DNA of 9,302 nucleotides from a virus (Duplodnaviria; Heunggongvirae; Uroviricota; Caudoviricetes): IMG/VR virus record IMGVR_UViG_2711768034_000012; one strand, 5' to 3'. Shown piece by piece: positions 6,567 to 9,302 of this stretch (position 1 is its first letter; each line of letters starts with the position of its first letter). The notes under the pieces were generated by a model. It saw only the letters and a program-made list of their open reading frames with translations, ran no database searches and was not told where the DNA came from. The position numbers and the translations under genes were made by a program.

Positions 6567-6592
6567 AAACCCACTTCGCGGTGGGTTTTTTG
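6567..6592 (+). terminator. Rho-independent terminator
   Basis: Perfect 8-bp stem AAACCCAC/GTGGGTTT with loop TTCGCG, followed by a T run (6586-6591). Confidence 0.6.
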
Positions 6593-6611
6593 TTGTCAGG
6601 AGTTTTAATAA

Positions 6612-8132
6612 ATGGCAGAGCAAACCTCGCGTCTCGCAATAATTATTGATAGCACTGGAGCAAAAAATAATGCTGACAATCTGACCTCCTCATTAGTCAA
6701 AATGACGCAGGCCGGGGAAACTGCTGCAAATAGCGCAGGGAAAGTGACTAAGGCAACAGAAGATGAGAAGAACGCGCTCGCAAAATTAAAAGCAGCTATT
6801 GATCCAGTTGGTGCCGCAATTGATACTGTCGGTCGACGCTATTCTGAATTAAAGAAATTTTTCGATAAAGGGCTTATTGATAAAGAAGAATATGAATTTC
6901 TTGTCCGTAAACTTAATGAAACCACAGAGGAATTGAGCGGGGTTGCGCAAGCGCAGAGAGAAGCCGAGAAGGCCGGAAAACTTGCTGCCGCCCAGCAGGA
7001 AGCGCAGGCTCAGGCCTTTCAAAGAATGCTGGACAAGATCGACCCTCTGGCTGCGGCGCTAAGAAATCTTGAACAACAGCAGGATGAACTTAATGCTGCG
7101 TTTGCATCCGGGAAAATAAATGGTTCTCAGTTTGAGAATTATAGCCGAAAAATACAGGAAACACGGCGAGAGCTTACCGGAGAGGCTCAGGCAGAGCGAG
7201 AAGCAGCAAAAGCGCATGATGAACAGGTTGCTGCTTTGCAACGTCTGATTGCTCAACTTGACCCTGTCGGAACTGCTTTTAATCGTCTGGTAGAACAACA
7301 GAAACAGCTCAATGAAGCAAAAGCTAAGGGGATGCTCTCTCCTGAAATGTATGAGGAACTTTCTGGAAAACTTCGTGCTATGCGGAGTGAGCTTGAGGTT
7401 ACTCAATCTCAATTAAGCAAAACCGGAATGTCGGCAAAACAAACGGCTTTTGCTATGCGCATGTTGCCTGCACAAATGACGGATATTGTTGTTGGGTTGT
7501 CCACTGGTCAGTCGCCTTTTATGGTGTTAATGCAGCAGGGCGGCCAGCTAAAAGATATGTTCGGTGGGATTGGCCCGGCGATCAAAGGTGTTGGTTCTTA
7601 TGTGCTGGGATTAATTAATCCTTTTACCCTGGCCGCAGCAGCCGTTGGCGTCTTAGGGCTGGCTTACTATAAAGGCTCTCAGGAGCAGGACGAATTTAAT
7701 AAATCTCTTATTCTTACCGGAAATCAGTTGGGGACAACCAGCGGGCAATTGGCCGATATAGCTCAACGTGCCGGGAATGCGGCTGATTCGACAACTGGCG
7801 CTGCGGCGGCAGTATTAAACCAGCTTGTGCGTTCGGGAAAGGTAGCGAGCAGTTCGCTGGAGCAAGTGACGACAGCGATAGTAAAAACGAGCGAAGTAAC
7901 AGGAATATCAACCGAACAACTGGTTAATGACTTCAATGAAATTGCAAAGGATCCTGTCAGTGCCATATCAAAACTTAATGATCAGTACCATTTTCTGACA
8001 ATTGCGACTTATAACCAGATTAAGGCGCTACAGGATGAAGGGAACCAGCAGGAGGCCGCCCGCATTGCGACAGAAGCATACTCATCCTCAATGATCCAGC
8101 GCACCAACCAGATTAAAGAAAATCTTGGTTAA
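6612..8132 (+). pseudogene. Tail tape measure protein, N-terminal about 506 aa only (truncated)
   Basis: SD AGGAG 6598-6602, ATG 6612. Coiled-coil N-terminal region with repeated (K/Q)(I/L)DP.(G/A).A motifs, then a hydrophobic Gly-rich segment ([51 protein letters not shown]) typical of lambda-family tape measure proteins. It ends at about 500 aa, whereas such proteins are usually 800 aa or more. Confidence 0.78.
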
Positions 8133-8152
8133 CGAGAGAGGTACACCGACAA

Positions 8153-8341
8153 ATGGCAGCGACGCACACACTCCCTCTGGCGTCACCAGGCATGGCACGC
8201 ATCTGCCTTTACGGGGATTTACAACGATTTGGCCGCCGCATCGATCTGCGTGTGAAAACGGGGGCCGAAGCCATCCGAGCGCTGGCCATGCAGATCCCGG
8301 CGTTTCGTCAGAAACTGAGCGACGGCTGGTATCAGGTACGC
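8153..8341 (+). pseudogene. Tail tip assembly protein I (lambda gpI-like), N-terminal 63 codons only
   Basis: MAATHTLPLASPGMARICLYGDLQRFGRRIDLRVKTGAEAIRALAMQIPAFRQKLSDGWYQVR matches the lambda gpI N-terminus as I recall it. After YQVR the frame diverges and stops at 8411-8413. Confidence 0.65.
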
Positions 8342-8388
8342 CAGGTGACAGTAACATCATTAACGACAATGCCCGCAGATTGCATCAT
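8332..8388 (-). pseudogene. sitB: sitB (Mn/Fe ABC transporter ATPase) 5' remnant: 18 codons then a stop
   Basis: Minus-strand ATG at 8388-8386 overlaps the sitA stop (TAATG) and reads MMQSAGIVVNDVTVTWRT*, consistent with the first beta-strand of SitB/YfeB-type ATPases. No Walker A follows. Confidence 0.5.
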
Positions 8389-9302
8389 TATTTCTCCCTT
8401 TTCCCGGCTTTAATTCCCTGTACCAGCGTACTGGTAGTAACCTTCAGAAGGTCGATATACGTAGGTACCGGGCCGTTTTCTGTGCTCAGGGAATCGACAT
8501 AGAGTACACCGCCGTAGTGCGCGCCGGTTTCACGCGCAACCTGACGCGCTGGTTTATCGGAAATCGTACTCTCGCTAAAGACTGCCGGGATATGATTTTT
8601 CTTCACCATATCAACAACCTTACGTACCTGCTGCGGCGTGCCTTGTTGATCGGCATTAATCGGCCACAGATAAAGCTCTTTTAGCCCCAAATCGCGTGCG
8701 AGATAAGAAAAAGCCCCTTCACTGGTGACCATCCATCGCTGATTCTCAGGGAGTTCAGCAATCTGCTTACGCAGGGGGGCAAGGGTTTGGGTAATCTTGG
8801 CTTTATAAGTATCGGCATTACGTTGGTAGGTTTGTGCATTTGCCGGATCGTATTTTATCAACGCATCACGAATATTATCGACGTAAATCAGAGCATTATC
8901 TGGCGACATCCAGGCATGGGGGTTAGGTTTGCCCTCATAGGGGCCTTCAGTGATCCCTACTGGCGTCACACCCGAAGAGACAATTACTTCTGGAACCCCA
9001 TTAAGATGCTGGTAAAAGCGTTGGAACCACAATTCCAGATTCATACCATTGGCGAGAATCAGTTGTGCCCCCTGCGCACGTTTAATATCGCCAGGGGTAG
9101 GCTGATACTCATGAATTTCTGCACCGGGCTTGGTTATGGATGAGACTTCTGCAGCATCTCCAGCCACGTTTTTGGCCATATCTGCGATGATGGTAAATGT
9201 TGTAATGACCTTGAATTTTTCAGTTGCACTCGCCTGAAATGCGATCGAGCAGGTGAGGGCGAGGCACCCCAAGAGCATGGTTACTTTTTTTATTGAGTAC
9301 AT
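8388..9302 (-). CDS. sitA: Periplasmic Mn2+/Fe2+ ABC transporter substrate-binding protein (SitA/YfeA/MntC family, TroA-like)
   Basis: 304 aa with a signal peptide (MYSIKKVTMLLGCLALTCSIAFQASA) and conserved family blocks (KFKVITTFTIIADMAKNVAGD, ITKPGAEIHEYQPTP, NPHAWMSPDNA, SEGAFSYLARDLGLKE, YLWPINA, FSESTISDKPARQVARETGA). The ATG is the last three bases of the window, so the true start could lie just outside. Confidence 0.85.
   Translation of the reverse strand: MYSIKKVTMLLGCLALTCSIAFQASATEKFKVITTFTIIADMAKNVAGDAAEVSSITKPGAEIHEYQPTPGDIKRAQGAQLILANGMNLELWFQRFYQHLNGVPEVIVSSGVTPVGITEGPYEGKPNPHAWMSPDNALIYVDNIRDALIKYDPANAQTYQRNADTYKAKITQTLAPLRKQIAELPENQRWMVTSEGAFSYLARDLGLKELYLWPINADQQGTPQQVRKVVDMVKKNHIPAVFSESTISDKPARQVARETGAHYGGVLYVDSLSTENGPVPTYIDLLKVTTSTLVQGIKAGKREK

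Noticed and set aside
7059-7966. Minus-strand ORFs 7059..7412, 7714..7911, 7763..7966
   Set aside because: Antisense to the tape measure gene; no independent support.
8088-8502. ORFs 8088..8369(-) and 8125..8502(+)
   Set aside because: Both run across the tape measure/I and I/sitB junctions in frames that do not match the flanking homologies; artefacts of the mosaic region.
8787-9143. Plus-strand ORF of 118 aa
   Set aside because: Antisense to sitA.
1-9302. CRISPR arrays, tRNA/rRNA genes, integrase or att sites
   Set aside because: No regularly spaced direct repeats with unique spacers, no cloverleaf-capable tRNA-like segments and no integrase-like ORF were seen in this window.

Overview
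This window reads as a decayed lambdoid (Rac/DLP12-like) prophage remnant from an Escherichia/Shigella-type genome. All identifications come from reading the sequence and ORF translations against remembered protein families; no searches were run. Left to right: the 3' end of IS3 (transposase OrfB tail and right inverted repeat) is inserted into the left end of an inverted IS2, which itself interrupts a P21-type endolysin gene. An intact Rz/Rz1 spanin pair follows, then the AT-rich cargo gene trkG. Next is a translationally coupled pair encoding a ParB-N-terminal-domain protein and a soluble GT-A-like glycosyltransferase-fold protein, followed by a small ORF and a terminase small-subunit-like gene carrying a TGCGCA repeat array. 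The head module is absent. The tail region has a chaperone G/T pair with an A-AAA-AAG -1 frameshift heptamer, a truncated tape-measure gene and an N-terminal fragment of lambda-type tail protein I. That fragment is joined by a deletion junction to an 18-codon sitB remnant and an orphan sitA on the minus strand running to the window edge. The best candidate for an undescribed system is the ParB-like/GT-A-like module at 3022-4922. No CRISPR array, tRNA or rRNA was recognised.
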